Under the pieces are notes generated by a model. It was given only the letters and a program-made list of their open reading frames with translations. It did no database searches and was not told the DNA's origin. From Balamuthia mandrillaris (taxonomy: Eukaryota), in assembly GCA_031835245.2 (NCBI GenBank), contig JAVKOQ020000023.1, positions 1 to 64,000 of the forward strand: 64,000 bases of DNA, given 5' to 3'. The stretch's first letter is position 1, and the number at the start of each line of letters is the position of its first letter. Below are positions 13,739 through 25,460 of this stretch, piece after piece. Made by a program: the position numbers and the translations under genes.

Positions 13739-14097
13739 TATATTGTTCTTATGCGTGTCGTCTTCCCAAAGGGGGGTCTGTCTCTGGAGCTGTTCGTACG
13801 TCCTGGCTGGCTGGCTGGGCTTGGCAGAAAAGACAGAGAGTGCTCCCTTTTGAATGAATGAATGAATGAAAAGCAAACAATTCAATTGAATATTTTTTTC
13901 AAAAATAAAATGTTGTGTAACGGACACCTTTGATGACGTCACCCAAGAGGCTTTTTTCGTTGCAAAAAAAAGGCGGGAAAAAAAAAGAATCAAAAATGGC
14001 GGGAAAAAGGTGCAGTGATGTTGCAAGAGTCGTTCATTACAGCAGGCCAGCTGCGCAACTCGAGCAAATTTTGTGCAAATACAAAGTAGCAGCAAAA

Positions 14098-16881
14098 ATG
14101 AGGAGAACGCAGTGGCCGTGCTCGTTGCTGCCGAAGGGGAGGAGGTCCTCCGCCGGCCCCTTCTCGCTCCCTCGGAGTGGCGCCTTGGCCGGAAGGCCCC
14201 CTTTTGTTTGGACGGTTGCTGCACAACGACCACACTCCACCACCAACACGCTCCTTTTCGTTTCCCTCCCTTCCTCTTCTTTTACTTCCCTCTCTCTTTC
14301 ATCCTCCTTTTCTTCTTCTACTTTTTCTTCTTCTTTTTCTTCTCCTTCTCCTTCTTCTCCTTCTCCTTCTTCTTTCGGTGACGACCGTCATGTGGTACGA
14401 CGTGTGAAGGAGCTCTGTCGTTCCGGTCGCCCGCTGGAAGCCCTTTCGCTGTGGCAAGAACGAAGCGGAAGCGGCATGATCGAGGTTTCTTCTCCTTCTC
14501 ACTCTCCCCAGCCTCTTCTCTCTGCGGCAAATTCTTCCTGTTTTTCCGCTCTTGTGCAACACCTTAGCTTTGACAAACGGAATCTAGAGCTCGCTCGCTC
14601 TCTTCTGGACACCTTCCTCCGTCTCCATGCTCAAACAAGCTCTTCTCCCTCTGCTCGTTTTCTTCCTACTCTCAATCAATGCGTTCATTTTATTAGAGCT
14701 CTTTCAACGCCCTCTTCTTCCCTCTCTTCTTCGTCACCATCATCTCCTTCTTTGTCATCATCGTCAACAGAGGATCTGGCGCGTGCGCTCTCTCTCTTTC
14801 GTTGGTGCTTGCAGGAGCCGGGCTTCAGCCCCGAGCTGGACAACCGGTTGGCCGTCGCCATGCTGGAGGGCTGTGCTCACCATGGCAATGTGGAGGAGGC
14901 ATGGCGTGTCTTTCACGAATGGCAACAACGCTTTGCGCTAGAAACAGAAAGAGAGGAAGCAGAGGATATGGTAGGAGCACCAAAGGAAGAAAGAGAAGGC
15001 GAAGAAAGTGAAGAAGGAGAAGATGCGAGAGGAGGCAGGGGAGTGATAAAGAGGAAAAGAGGCAAGTTAAGTGCGGGCGTGATAGGAGCGATGATGAAGG
15101 CGCTCTGCGCGAGCGGACGAGTGACGGAGGCAATAGAGCTATTTCGCAGTGCTCACGCGTGCTACGGTGTGATGCCCAACGAACGATGCTTTGGCGTTTT
15201 GTGTCAGAGCGTTTTCTCCACTCAAGACGTTAATACGGCTCTTACTTTGGCCAACATGATTCTTCTTCCTCAAAAGAATGACACAGAAAGAAAAGAAGGG
15301 AGAGAAGAACACAATGAACAAGAAGAAGGGTTGCCATTTTTAGTGGACATGCCAGAAATAGCGGGACTAATAAGGGTGCTATGCTCTCCCAGTCCCCCTA
15401 TGCTCGACACTGCTCTTTCTCTCTTCTGGTATATGTTCCAGAACTACAACGAGAACAACAACCCCAAGCGTTCTTATAATAATCTTCGTACCTCGAGCCT
15501 GGCGACGGTGCTTCTGAACGCATGCGCAGAATCCAAAGACCTTCCCAACGCTCTCCGGGTGTTTGAAGCTTGGACTCAACAACCCAAAGAAAAATGGCCA
15601 AGGTCTGTGCAAATGATGGGTGCCATGCTCAAAGCCTACTGCGCTGAAGGAAAAAGAGTGGAGGCCCTTCGCTTCCTGGAAACCATGGAGTCCCGCTTTG
15701 GCATCACACCCAATGCCATATGTTACTTGTTAGTTAGCGACGCAAGCGCCAAGGCTGGTGATATCGCCATTACAGAGCATATCTCCCGCATTACGTCTTC
15801 CTCCTTCAACCCCAGCAGACAAGATGATAACACGAACCAGAATGACCTATATCTCAGCAGTTTGATGCGTGCTCGAGCTTACTGCGCTGAGAATCCTCCT
15901 CGGCTCCAAGAAGCAGTGCAGCTGTTCCACACTCTCCTCAAGCACAAGGTGCAATTTCCGAAAGAGATGACTCTCGTCACCATTCTCTTGGACACCTGCG
16001 CCAATAATAAAGACATGAGAACAGCTCAAAACATCATCGAGGCTTGGCACAACAACAAGCTGCCTATGTCTTCCGCCGTCGCAGGCGCCTTGATGAAGGT
16101 CTACTGTAGGTGTGGACACAGAGAGAAGGCCTTGGAGCTGCTGCAACAGCTTCATCCTCTGTTTGGACTGAAGCCCGATGTGGCCGCCGTTGGCTTTTTG
16201 GTGGTGACTGCGCATGCTGCAGGAGACATGAGCATGCTCAAGCGTTTGGTGGAGATGATTCAACTTGACGAAGACGAAGAAGTCTTACCAACTTCGCCTT
16301 TACTTTGCAGTCAGATAATTCGGGCCCTCTCTTCTCCTCCTGCCCTCTCTTCTTCCTCTTCCCCACGTAAACGCTCCAACAACGATGACAACAAAGACAA
16401 CATGGAATATGCAAGCATGGTGCTCAGTTGGTTGTTTCGTCCATCGCATCGGCAACAGATATCGAGCTCACACACTGGCGTAGTTTTCCTGGACGCTTGC
16501 GCTCGTCTCAAAGACTTGAAGATGGCGCATTGGGGCTGGCAGGCATGGAAGGAGCAATGCTCTTTCCCAGTGGATGGGCCTATGGAGGGGGCCTACATGA
16601 AGGCTCTCTGCTTTTGCGGGGCGCGAGAGGAGGCCCTACAGCTGTTCAGAGAGACCAAGTCTTTCGCTGGCTTCTCCACGTTAGTCATGTCTTGTGCCAA
16701 AGCAAAGGACGGCAAAGTGGCTGAGCAATTGGCCGAGTTCCTCATCGCGAGCGAAAGAGAGAAGGCCTTGCCGTTTCGGCCGCAGCCTGGCCATGTCCGC
16801 CTTTTGTTGGCGGCGTTGAAATCCTCGACAGCTCGACGAAGTACACAACTCGCTCAGCAAGTTCGTGCTATATTTGGCTGA
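14098..16881 (+). CDS. Pentatricopeptide-repeat protein, intronless, probably mitochondrial
   Basis: Repeated ~35-aa PPR units (AMLEGCAHHGNVEEAWRVFHEW; GAMMKALCASGRVTEAIELFRS..GVMPNERCF; GALMKVYCRCGHREKALELL..GLKPD). The N-terminus is R/S-rich and transit-peptide-like. Upstream in-frame ATGs at 13933 and 13996 are alternative starts. Confidence 0.88.
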   Translation: MRRTQWPCSLLPKGRRSSAGPFSLPRSGALAGRPPFVWTVAAQRPHSTTNTLLFVSLPSSSFTSLSLSSSFSSSTFSSSFSSPSPSSPSPSSFGDDRHVVRRVKELCRSGRPLEALSLWQERSGSGMIEVSSPSHSPQPLLSAANSSCFSALVQHLSFDKRNLELARSLLDTFLRLHAQTSSSPSARFLPTLNQCVHFIRALSTPSSSLSSSSPSSPSLSSSSTEDLARALSLFRWCLQEPGFSPELDNRLAVAMLEGCAHHGNVEEAWRVFHEWQQRFALETEREEAEDMVGAPKEEREGEESEEGEDARGGRGVIKRKRGKLSAGVIGAMMKALCASGRVTEAIELFRSAHACYGVMPNERCFGVLCQSVFSTQDVNTALTLANMILLPQKNDTERKEGREEHNEQEEGLPFLVDMPEIAGLIRVLCSPSPPMLDTALSLFWYMFQNYNENNNPKRSYNNLRTSSLATVLLNACAESKDLPNALRVFEAWTQQPKEKWPRSVQMMGAMLKAYCAEGKRVEALRFLETMESRFGITPNAICYLLVSDASAKAGDIAITEHISRITSSSFNPSRQDDNTNQNDLYLSSLMRARAYCAENPPRLQEAVQLFHTLLKHKVQFPKEMTLVTILLDTCANNKDMRTAQNIIEAWHNNKLPMSSAVAGALMKVYCRCGHREKALELLQQLHPLFGLKPDVAAVGFLVVTAHAAGDMSMLKRLVEMIQLDEDEEVLPTSPLLCSQIIRALSSPPALSSSSSPRKRSNNDDNKDNMEYASMVLSWLFRPSHRQQISSSHTGVVFLDACARLKDLKMAHWGWQAWKEQCSFPVDGPMEGAYMKALCFCGAREEALQLFRETKSFAGFSTLVMSCAKAKDGKVAEQLAEFLIASEREKALPFRPQPGHVRLLLAALKSSTARRSTQLAQQVRAIFG

Positions 16882-17026
16882 GAGCGGAGGGAGAGAGAGA
16901 GATCCGAACGTTGGTGATGGAAAAAAAAGAAATCTTTTTTTACAAAGAGAACAACCCAACTCTGTTTGCTTCTTTCTACCAGACTCTTCTGAAAATAAAC
17001 AATAAAAAAACGTTTCATCCAACGAA

Positions 17027-17344
17027 TCATTTGATGAAACCCATCTTTCGCCTGTACTCTCTCTTCTCACGGAAAGTAAGCCGATCTTCCGTCCAGTTGC
17101 CGCTGCTCTTCCGGCCGCGCGTAAAGTTGCTGCGCTTGTACTTGAAGATCTCCTCCAAGTCGGGCGTCTCCCGGTTCTCCATGCAAAAGATCTCGTCGGG
17201 GTCTGTCTGGGCTTGGTGCTGGAGGGCCAACAGGAGCGCTTCCTTGCGCGCCCATATCGGAAAGGGCTTCCTGCGTCGCTCCTCTTCGTCTTCCGACTCC
17301 GTCTCTTCATCCGAACTGTTGTTTTTTCAAAAAAGCATGGTGAG

Positions 17345-17384
<40 letters not shown>

Positions 17385-20300
17385 AAAAACCTTTTGTAGG
17401 GAGAGATTTCATATTCAGAAGGGTTGGTGCGACGAACAGGAGGAGGCGTTCGGTGTTGAATAGGACTGTTCTCACGAGAATAAGACACGGAATCGTCGGT
17501 GGAAGAAGAATAAGAGGAAGATGAGGAAGATGAAGACGAAGATGCAGAGTAAGAAGAGGAAGAAGAGCTAGAGTAAGGAGAGTTATAGGCAGAGGAGCTG
17601 CCAGCGCTGCTGTTGTTGTTGGCAGAAGATGTGTGATGTCGGTGAGAAGAAGCAATCATGGGAGATGGCGGAGGCATTAACTCTGCCGAAGTTTTCTTCT
17701 TCGGTTTGGGCAATGTTGACGAGGAAGAAGCATTCGTGGTAGAAGAAGCGGTATCCACCACAGATGGATCAGCTGCAGCTGGCTTGTTGTTGCCAAAGAG
17801 GAAGGAGAAGTATGATCCGATGCCATTCTGTTTGACAGCAGTGACCTCCTCCAACTTCTTCTGAACATCCTCTCCTCCGCTTTCGCTCTCACTTCCACTT
17901 GTTGCAGTTGTAGTTGGTTGCTGTTGCAACAGTTTCTGTTTGCGTTGTAATTGTTCTTGTATCTGTTTGTTTCTTGTATCTCGTTCCTTCAAAGTAGCTG
18001 CAGAAGCAGTGGCTTGTTGATAGGTAGCATTCTTTTCCTTTTGAGATTCCTCGCGCGCAGCTCTGGCACGCTGCTCAATCTCCTTTCTCTTCGCCAGCAT
18101 TTGTCGTTCCTTCTCCTTCTCCTTCTCCTCCATCTGTCGTCTTCGTTCCTCCTGCTTCTGCCGCAACACCTCCCTCTTATGTTGCAGCTCTGCCTCTTTC
18201 TTCTGCTTGATGTCAAGCAATCGGGCTTTGTAATGTTGTTGTTGTTGTTGCATGGACGAGGTCTTTTCCTGCATCGTGGAGATTGTGGCTTTGGTCGTGA
18301 CAGTAGCCTGTTGGTGATGAGGAAGAGGATTGTTGTTTGCTTTGTCTTTCATGGCCATCTTTTGACGAAGCTTCTCTGCAATGTCGATTCTTTCCTTTGC
18401 GTTCACATCCGGATGTGATGATGACACGGTTGCTTCATCATTCTTCTTCTCAGAGGATGTAATCGTAGAAGTGGAGGAAGACAGCGACGTCTCTTCCTGC
18501 GGTTCAGCAGCGACAAAAGCAGAAGGGGTAGACTGCAACTGCTTCAGGTTACGAACGCTGCTGAAAGTAGGCAAGTGACGACTTCCAACAGGCGGACGCA
18601 CACGCTCCTTCCTTACATCCGTCAGTTGCGAAGAAGTAGAAGAAGCAGATACCGTTGAGGCTACTGCTTCTGGTTCTGTTGCGTTGGCGGAAACAAACGA
18701 AGAGGAGGGAACAACATCAGGAGTAGAGGCGGTGGATGGCTCTTGTGCCAAGCTCTTGACCTTATCCTCCTGTTTCTTTTGAAGTTTCTTCATGAGGTTT
18801 CTCTTGTAGAGCTTCGTCTTGATCTCCTTCAAAAGACTGGTCGCACGAGAGGATTGTTGTTGCTGGTTAACTGCTGCCACCTTCAAAATTGGTGACTCGA
18901 ATGCAGACGAAGCAGATGGTAGTACTTGAGGAGAGTCGGTCTCCATCGATGAAAGTGAGGGTGAATCGGTTGTTGCTAAGGATGAAGAAGGCATATTGAT
19001 GGAAGGCGAAACCAAAGAAGCATCTAGCAACGGATCTTGTTCGTCATCGTCAAATGCAGAAGATGAATGCTCAACTTCTTCCACTTTCTTGGCTTCTTTC
19101 TCTGCTACAGGTGTGTTGCTTGCTTCGTCTTTCTGTAGTTCAGCAACAAGCATGTCATTCTCCTCTTCGGGTTGTTCTTTCGCGGCTTCATCCTCCCTTT
19201 CTTCCTCGTGTTCAACCAGCGCTGAAGTTAGAGGAAGAGGCTCAGATGATTCCCGCTCCTCTTCTTCTTCCTCTTCCTCTTCTTGAGGGCAAGTAGGCTC
19301 CTCCTCTTCGACGAGTTCCGTCATTGGTTCGGAAGGATGCTCATTGCGATCGAGACTATGCACCAGTTGTTCTTTCTCCTCCTCTTCCTGCTCTTCTTGT
19401 TGATGTTCTTCTTGTGGAATGGCCTCAGTAGAACGAGTGGAACATGGCTCAAAGGTCTCTGGCTGTTGCAAATCCGCTTCTTGTTCCACCACAGGAGCTT
19501 CAGAAGATGGATCCGCGCGTTGACCTTCTTCTTCCTCGTCGTTGGATTGTTCAGCAGGCAAAGAAAGGTCGTCCCTTCGAGGCTCTTCCTGTTCAGTATA
19601 CAGTGGCATTACCTCATCACGTTCGACTGGTTCTTCCTCTTCTGCCCTCTCCACTGATTCTTTATCTTCTTCGTCTCCCTTTTCAACATCATTCTTCTCG
19701 GTTTGTGCTTTTTCTTCGATCGACTGAATCTCTGTGGCGTTCTTCTTCGCTGCGATGAGGCTCTTCGCAACAATGCTGGTCTTGTTTCTGGCGGCCATCA
19801 AGGAGCTCTTCTTTCTCTTCGCAAGTCGTTTCTTCCTCTGTGGCGGTGCCTCCGCTGCAGCTGACTTTTGCACCACTTCTTCTCTCACTGCTTCTTCTTG
19901 TTGTTTGCTAACTTGTTCCGACGAAGGAAAGGAGGAATGATAGCCGATTACATACTTTTTGGGAACTGCATCCTCAGGCACACATGCTTCATCTACTTGT
20001 GACACAGAAGCTGGTTGTTCAGAAGAAGATGGCTTTGAAGAATCTCTGCGAAGACGAGCGGAGGAAGGCACTACACTGGTTCTGGTCGTGCGACGAGCTT
20101 TCCGTGTCAGCTCCGGCTTTCTAAACACTTCTCTGCACTCTACTTCTTCCTCTTTAGCCGTCTCTTCTTTCACCTGCTTATTTTTCTTGGTCTTTTTCTC
20201 CGTCTCTTCCTTCTTCTGCTCCGCTTGATCAAGTTGTTGTTGTTGTTCGAACGTCGACTTTTCTTCAGGAACATCCGCAGCAGCATTCTCTTCCTCCACC

Positions 20301-21358
20301 TCGGAAGGTCTCTTTTTCTTGGCCGGGCGCGCTTTGGCCTGCTTGCCTTTGATGCTTCGCTTGGCAAGCCTTCTCTTCGGTTTTGTGGCCGTTGTCTTTG
20401 CGCTTGCAACTTGTTCTTCGGTAACGTTCAGCGAGTTCATTTCCTTCGTTGCTGCTTTTGACGCATTCTCCTTCTCTTGTACATTCTCGTCGTTGGACGT
20501 CTGTTGAACACCTTCTCCTGCTTCTTTGTTTTCTTCGTGCTGCTGCTGCTCCAACAACTTCTTCTTGTTTTTCAGACGAGAGCTCGTTTGTATGACCTTC
20601 TTCTTCGCGGAAGCAGTGGCGTTGTTGGTCCGCTGCGCACGAAGTTTGCTCAACGGCAACTTTTTGGTATTGTTGGGGCTGTTGTTGTTGCTTCCACTTC
20701 CTCCTCCGACTCCATTGGTTGGTGCCAAAGGTTCTCTGAATCGTTGAGGAGAAGAGGGGCTCTGTTGTGAGGAAGAAGATGAAGCCGAGGGCGGTTGGAA
20801 TGACAACGTTCGACAAGAAACAGGAGCCGCTCTGTTGCGACCTCCTCGTTGCTGCGGAGTCAGCCCAACCGAGGAGAACCCGCCAGCTGCAGCCCCTCCT
20901 CGAGACAGCGTGGAGGGGGTGGACCGGGCCATCGGGGTCAGAGTGTTCAGCAGAGAAAAGCTGGAGGGCAGGCGGAGCGTGGAGTAGCGGCCGCTGCTGT
21001 AGCCCTCCGCCCGGCTCATCCTTTGCTTCTTGCGAGAGGGAGTGCACGGGAGTGCTACCAATGGACCACTTTTTTTTTTGATGAAGAAGCAGCCGATGAG
21101 AAAAAGTTTTTTTTTGTTCAGAGCAGCAAAAAAAAAGAAAGAAAGAAAGAAAGAAAAAACGTACTCGACTTGTTTGGCCTGAGCTTTGATTTCGTGGACG
21201 ACCTCCTGGAGGTAGGTCCGGTGGTCCTCGTACCAGCTGTCCAGATCCCTGACCTTCTCCATCAGCAGCTCCTCAAACTTATTCGAGAGCTGAGCGAGGG
21301 CGGCCCGGTTGGGGTTGCCGGTGGTGGTGGTGAAAGAGTTCTTCTTGGCTGTCGTCAT
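17027..21358 (-). CDS. INCENP: Inner centromere protein INCENP, 3 exons
   Basis: N-terminal helix plus LPCTPSRKKQR, a charged single-alpha-helix region, and the IN-box YEISPYK..SDEETESEDE..KPFPIWAR...DPDEIF...DLEEIF...RKSSGNW. Confidence 0.9.
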
Positions 21359-21760
21359 CCTCTCTCTCTTTCTTTTACTAACACAAAAATAAAATCAAAA
21401 ACAAAAAGGAAGAAGAAGATATTTAAAATAATAAACAGAGAAGCAACAGCAAATAGAGTTCCAAACTTCTACTTGTGGCCACCCTTTTTCTTTTTCTTCC
21501 AACAAAGAGATGAATGCTCTTCTTCCAGCGGCTTTTTAAAAAAAATAATTAAATAGAGGCACGCACACTCTCTCCCTCTCCCTCTCTTCCACTCCTCTTC
21601 TTGCACTATAATTTTTTTTTTGCTCTTCGCAACGGCAAACCCCTTCGCTTCCCTATTTTTTTTTTTTTGTTTGGGGGCAAAGTTTTGGCCGGAAGCTATT
21701 TTTTTTGTTTGCGGGCATTCAATATTTGGTTTTGGCGGGAAAACCTTTTATCCACCAACG

Positions 21761-21897
21761 GTTACAGCTGACCTCCATTCCAGCACGTGTTGTCCAGCAA
21801 TAAGCGGAAATTTCGAGCTCAGAATTTCTACCGGTTTTCGATGAGTTGCTCCGAATTCCCGGGACTGGATCCGACGACCCCTCAGTTCAGCTGTCAC
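21761..21897. other. 137-bp palindrome-rich segment bounded by imperfect inverted repeats, in the INCENP/pseudokinase divergent intergenic region
   Basis: GTTACAGCTGAC...TTCAGCTGTCAC (10/12 complementary), with internal hairpin GAAATTTCGAGCTCAGAATTTC. Confidence 0.35.
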
Positions 21898-22032
21898 AAA
21901 AATGAAAAAATATGAAATAATATGCAACCCACCCCTCAAGTGTTCATCCACACACAGTATTATTTTTTCATTTCATTTGAAACGTTGCAAAAAAAAAAAA
22001 AGTAGCGACAGCACCAAAACAGCAAAACAACA

Positions 22033-24078
22033 ATGTTGAAACACAGGCGGAAGAAAAAGAAGAAATGCCTGACGGAGGAAACGCCGTCCAAGGCGGCGGA
22101 CCAGGCCGCCCAACCACCGTCCCCAGACGATGGACCCAAAGGGAAAGGGGCAAAGAAGAAAGCACCGCCCCCCTTGGAAGCGCACAACCGGCAACAACAA
22201 CAAGAAGCGCTTGTTCCTCCAACAACGGCCGTGGCACCGACACCCCCACAACCCACAAACAACAAAGAGGAGAAAAGGACAAAGAAAAAGACGCCCGCCA
22301 GCAAAGTTGGGGCTGAAACGGATGCAACCGACAAGAAGAAGCAAAAGAAAAAGAAAAAGAAGAAGAAGCCAGCAACCAACAACAACAACGACAACAACAA
22401 AGGAGAAAAGACCAAAAAAGTGGAGGAGAGGAAATGCATAGGTCGTGACTTTGTCAGCACCCTTCAAGTGGGCAACACCCTCCGCACCCCCATGCACAGG
22501 CGCCCCCTCAAGATCCTCCGCCGGATCGACGACGGCCACGCAGGCATTGTCTTCCAAGCCCGTCTTCTCTCCTCTTGCGACGCCTCCGCCACCACTACCG
22601 AACTCGCTGCTACCGATTTGGTGGAGCAAAACGCTCAAGGTTATGAAAATGGGGGTGAGCAAGGAAGTGCCTCAAATGCCACGCTCTTTGCTTTGAAAGT
22701 CCCAAAGAAGGAAACAGAGAAGCACGCCAAAAAGCTGCACATAGAGCTGGAACGCAACCGCAAGCTGGCCGCTTTGGGCGTGCCCTACGCCAAGATTGTG
22801 GAGGAGGGAGGGGACTACCTCCTTAAGGAGTGGGTGGAGGGCCAGAGAGGGGACGCTTGGTTCAAAGAGTGGAGCCAAAAGGGAAGGCCCCTGGAGGACA
22901 GAGCTTTTCAGGCCTTGATGGAGCTGTTCGACGGCCTCGCAGCTCGAGGTATTTACGTGCAGAACCTAAAGGACCTCAACATGATCTATGGGGATGTCTC
23001 TCGTCTTGCTTGTAGTCGTTGTGACGGGGAGGGATATGAGAAACTCCAAGGTCAACAACAGCTGCAACGAGAAGACGGCGTGGGGGAAACAAGAAAGGTG
23101 AAAGAAGAAGGACGAAAAGATGACGAGATCGGAGAGCAAGCAGAACGGAAGAAGGATGAACGTTGGATCGTGATCGATGTGGGCTACTTCAAGTACAACC
23201 TCAGCAACAAAGTGGCGTTGGGGCGCTACTACGAGACGTTTGACAACCGCTGGAACAAACGCAAGTGGCAGAAAAAGTTTGGGGCTTGCCCACCACTCAT
23301 ACAGTTAAGAGGTCAGGGCCACAGCAATGTGGAACTGTTGGGAGATGAGTACTTTGAGCAGGAAAGGAAGAAGGAGGCTGCAAAGACCAAAAAGGCCGTT
23401 GCTGCTGCTGTTGTTGTTGATGAGCTTCAAGAAAACAACAAAAAGGAGGCTGAGGAGATGAAGAAGAAAGAAGAGGAGCTAACGAAGAAGGAACAAGGTC
23501 AGGTGGTAGTTAAAGACGTGAAGGGAGGAGAAGGGAAGAACAAGACGACGAAAAAGAAGAAGCTTAAGAAGAAGAAAGAAATTCCCACAAGCGCTAATAC
23601 TGTTTCCTCCTCATCAACTGCTTCGATTTCTGGAAAGAAGAGGAAAAGAACGTCAACAGTGAAGAAGTCCTCAAAGCCTTCTGCAAAACAACAAGAAGAT
23701 GCTGAGGAAGAGGACGGAGACGAAAGCGCTGGGAGCAGCAGCAATCACAACAACAACTCAAGAAGAAAGAAGAAACAACAAGAAGAGATGGCGATATTGC
23801 GGCCTCCGCTTTCACCGCTATCGACGTCTGTCTCTTCCTCGGAGGACGATGCCGATGAAGGCGGCACAAACGACAAGACTACGGCAGCAACAATAGCAAC
23901 AACAACAACAACAACAGGAGTGATGGATGAAAAGTCACGCCAAAAGGCGAATTCAGCGGCAAAACAGAAGAACAAACAAGAACAACAGGATAAAGCCAAA
24001 GAAGTAAAGGAAGAGGAGGAGGAAGAAGAAGAGGGGGAAGAGATGAACGTTTCCCCAACTTTAGCGGTATGTGTGTAA
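22033..24078 (+). CDS. Atypical protein-kinase-like protein (RIO/Bud32-type fold), probable pseudokinase, with Lys-rich ends; intronless
   Basis: IDDGHAGIVFQA (G-loop), FALKV, ELERN, LLKEWVEG, YVQNLKDLNMIY (catalytic loop with Asn at the catalytic Asp position), WIVIDVG. Confidence 0.7.
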   Translation: MLKHRRKKKKKCLTEETPSKAADQAAQPPSPDDGPKGKGAKKKAPPPLEAHNRQQQQEALVPPTTAVAPTPPQPTNNKEEKRTKKKTPASKVGAETDATDKKKQKKKKKKKKPATNNNNDNNKGEKTKKVEERKCIGRDFVSTLQVGNTLRTPMHRRPLKILRRIDDGHAGIVFQARLLSSCDASATTTELAATDLVEQNAQGYENGGEQGSASNATLFALKVPKKETEKHAKKLHIELERNRKLAALGVPYAKIVEEGGDYLLKEWVEGQRGDAWFKEWSQKGRPLEDRAFQALMELFDGLAARGIYVQNLKDLNMIYGDVSRLACSRCDGEGYEKLQGQQQLQREDGVGETRKVKEEGRKDDEIGEQAERKKDERWIVIDVGYFKYNLSNKVALGRYYETFDNRWNKRKWQKKFGACPPLIQLRGQGHSNVELLGDEYFEQERKKEAAKTKKAVAAAVVVDELQENNKKEAEEMKKKEEELTKKEQGQVVVKDVKGGEGKNKTTKKKKLKKKKEIPTSANTVSSSSTASISGKKRKRTSTVKKSSKPSAKQQEDAEEEDGDESAGSSSNHNNNSRRKKKQQEEMAILRPPLSPLSTSVSSSEDDADEGGTNDKTTAATIATTTTTTGVMDEKSRQKANSAAKQKNKQEQQDKAKEVKEEEEEEEEGEEMNVSPTLAVCV

Positions 24079-24086
24079 GTACGCCA

Positions 24087-24123
<37 letters not shown>

Positions 24124-24213
24124 AATGAACAACGTTCATCCCTTTTGTTGTTGCTAACTATTTATATACGACTTTTTTTTTATTGTTTGTGTATCGGTGG
24201 TGTAAGGTTTTTT

Positions 24214-24760
24214 TTACAAGTCGTCCCATGGGCTCTTTGTTGGAGCCTTAAACTTGAAGTTGGTGGCGTAGGAGGGACGTTGCAACATGTCCTCGTTTTC
24301 AACTTTGTCCAGCGGTTCTTCCACCGTGTAGTGCATACCTTTGCGTTAAGGGGAGAGAGAGAGAGAGGAGCGAAAATGAGCTGGTAGTGGCCATGGAAAG
24401 AACAAGAAGAGAGAAGGAGAGGAGGACGAGAGAGAAAGAGAGAAAAGATTCTTCATTCAGTAGGAAGGCAGTAGGTAGTTATTTTTTTGCTTCTTCACTT
24501 GCAAATTCTGCTAATACCATTCATCTCCATGAAGGCTGAGGAGAACGAGAAAGAGAAAGAGAGAAGAGAAAGGGAAGAACGGAAAACCGAACAAAACAAA
24601 AGGAGCGCAGAGAAGAAGGGTAGGTACCATGAGTTTCAGCAAATTCAACGGCCCCTTCCTTGCTGTCGAAATTAAGTGTGAGGTTATCAACCGGATCACG
24701 AGAGCTGGCCCACCCCATCAAAGGGTTTTGCCAACGCTCAGCTCCAACAAAACGCTATTT

Positions 24761-24806
<46 letters not shown>

Positions 24807-25211
24807 CGAATCCGGTATTAGAACAAAAACAAAATGAAAAATAAATCGCGGATGAACCAAACAACAACAAAAAAAATATACAAAAAGACGCACAATGTGC
24901 CATTGTCGTGCGCTCGCATCAGCAGATTGGGTGGACGTCCTAGCGCCTTTGTAAATCCTCACTCGGCGGCGGAGGTGCTCCGCAGGCATGCCCGTGAGCT
25001 GGGCAATGGTATCCACGGGCAGGCGCTGGTTGGCGGTGGGGCCTCCCATGTCGGTGGAAGGGGCATCACGGACGGGTCCTGAATCGTTGGTGGTGCCATA
25101 GGGTCGGCTCCGTAGCAGAGCGGAGGAGGAGGAAGAAAAAGAAGAAGGACCACAGCTACCCAAACGAGCAGAACGCACAAACACTGGATTGGAAGTCACT
25201 CGCCGCAGCAT
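24214..25211 (-). CDS. NDUFS4: Complex I 18-kDa subunit NDUFS4, 3 exons
   Basis: TGMPAEHLRRRVRIY...TQS; RWQNPLMGWASSRDP...LNFDSKEGAVEFAE; SYATNF; mitochondrial presequence. Confidence 0.93.
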
Positions 25212-25460
25212 TCTTTTTGTTGAAAAACAAAAAAAACAAACAAACAAACAACACCAAGTTAAGAAGCAGAAGAGGAAGAAGAAAAGGGTAAGGGAGGAAA
25301 CAAAAAAAGTGAGGCAAAGCAAGAGGGATAGGACTGGGACATTTGGAACGAAGTCGCATACCTGCACCACCACTACTACCGTTTTTTTTTTCTTTCTTCT
25401 CTCTATTTTTTTTTTGGGGTTTTGATTGGAAAGGTCCTCAACATCAACATCACCCTAAGA

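Noticed and set aside
21850..21875. EcoRI-SmaI-BamHI run suggesting vector polylinker contamination
   Set aside because: The spacing differs from polylinkers I recall and no other vector sequence is present. VecScreen would settle it.
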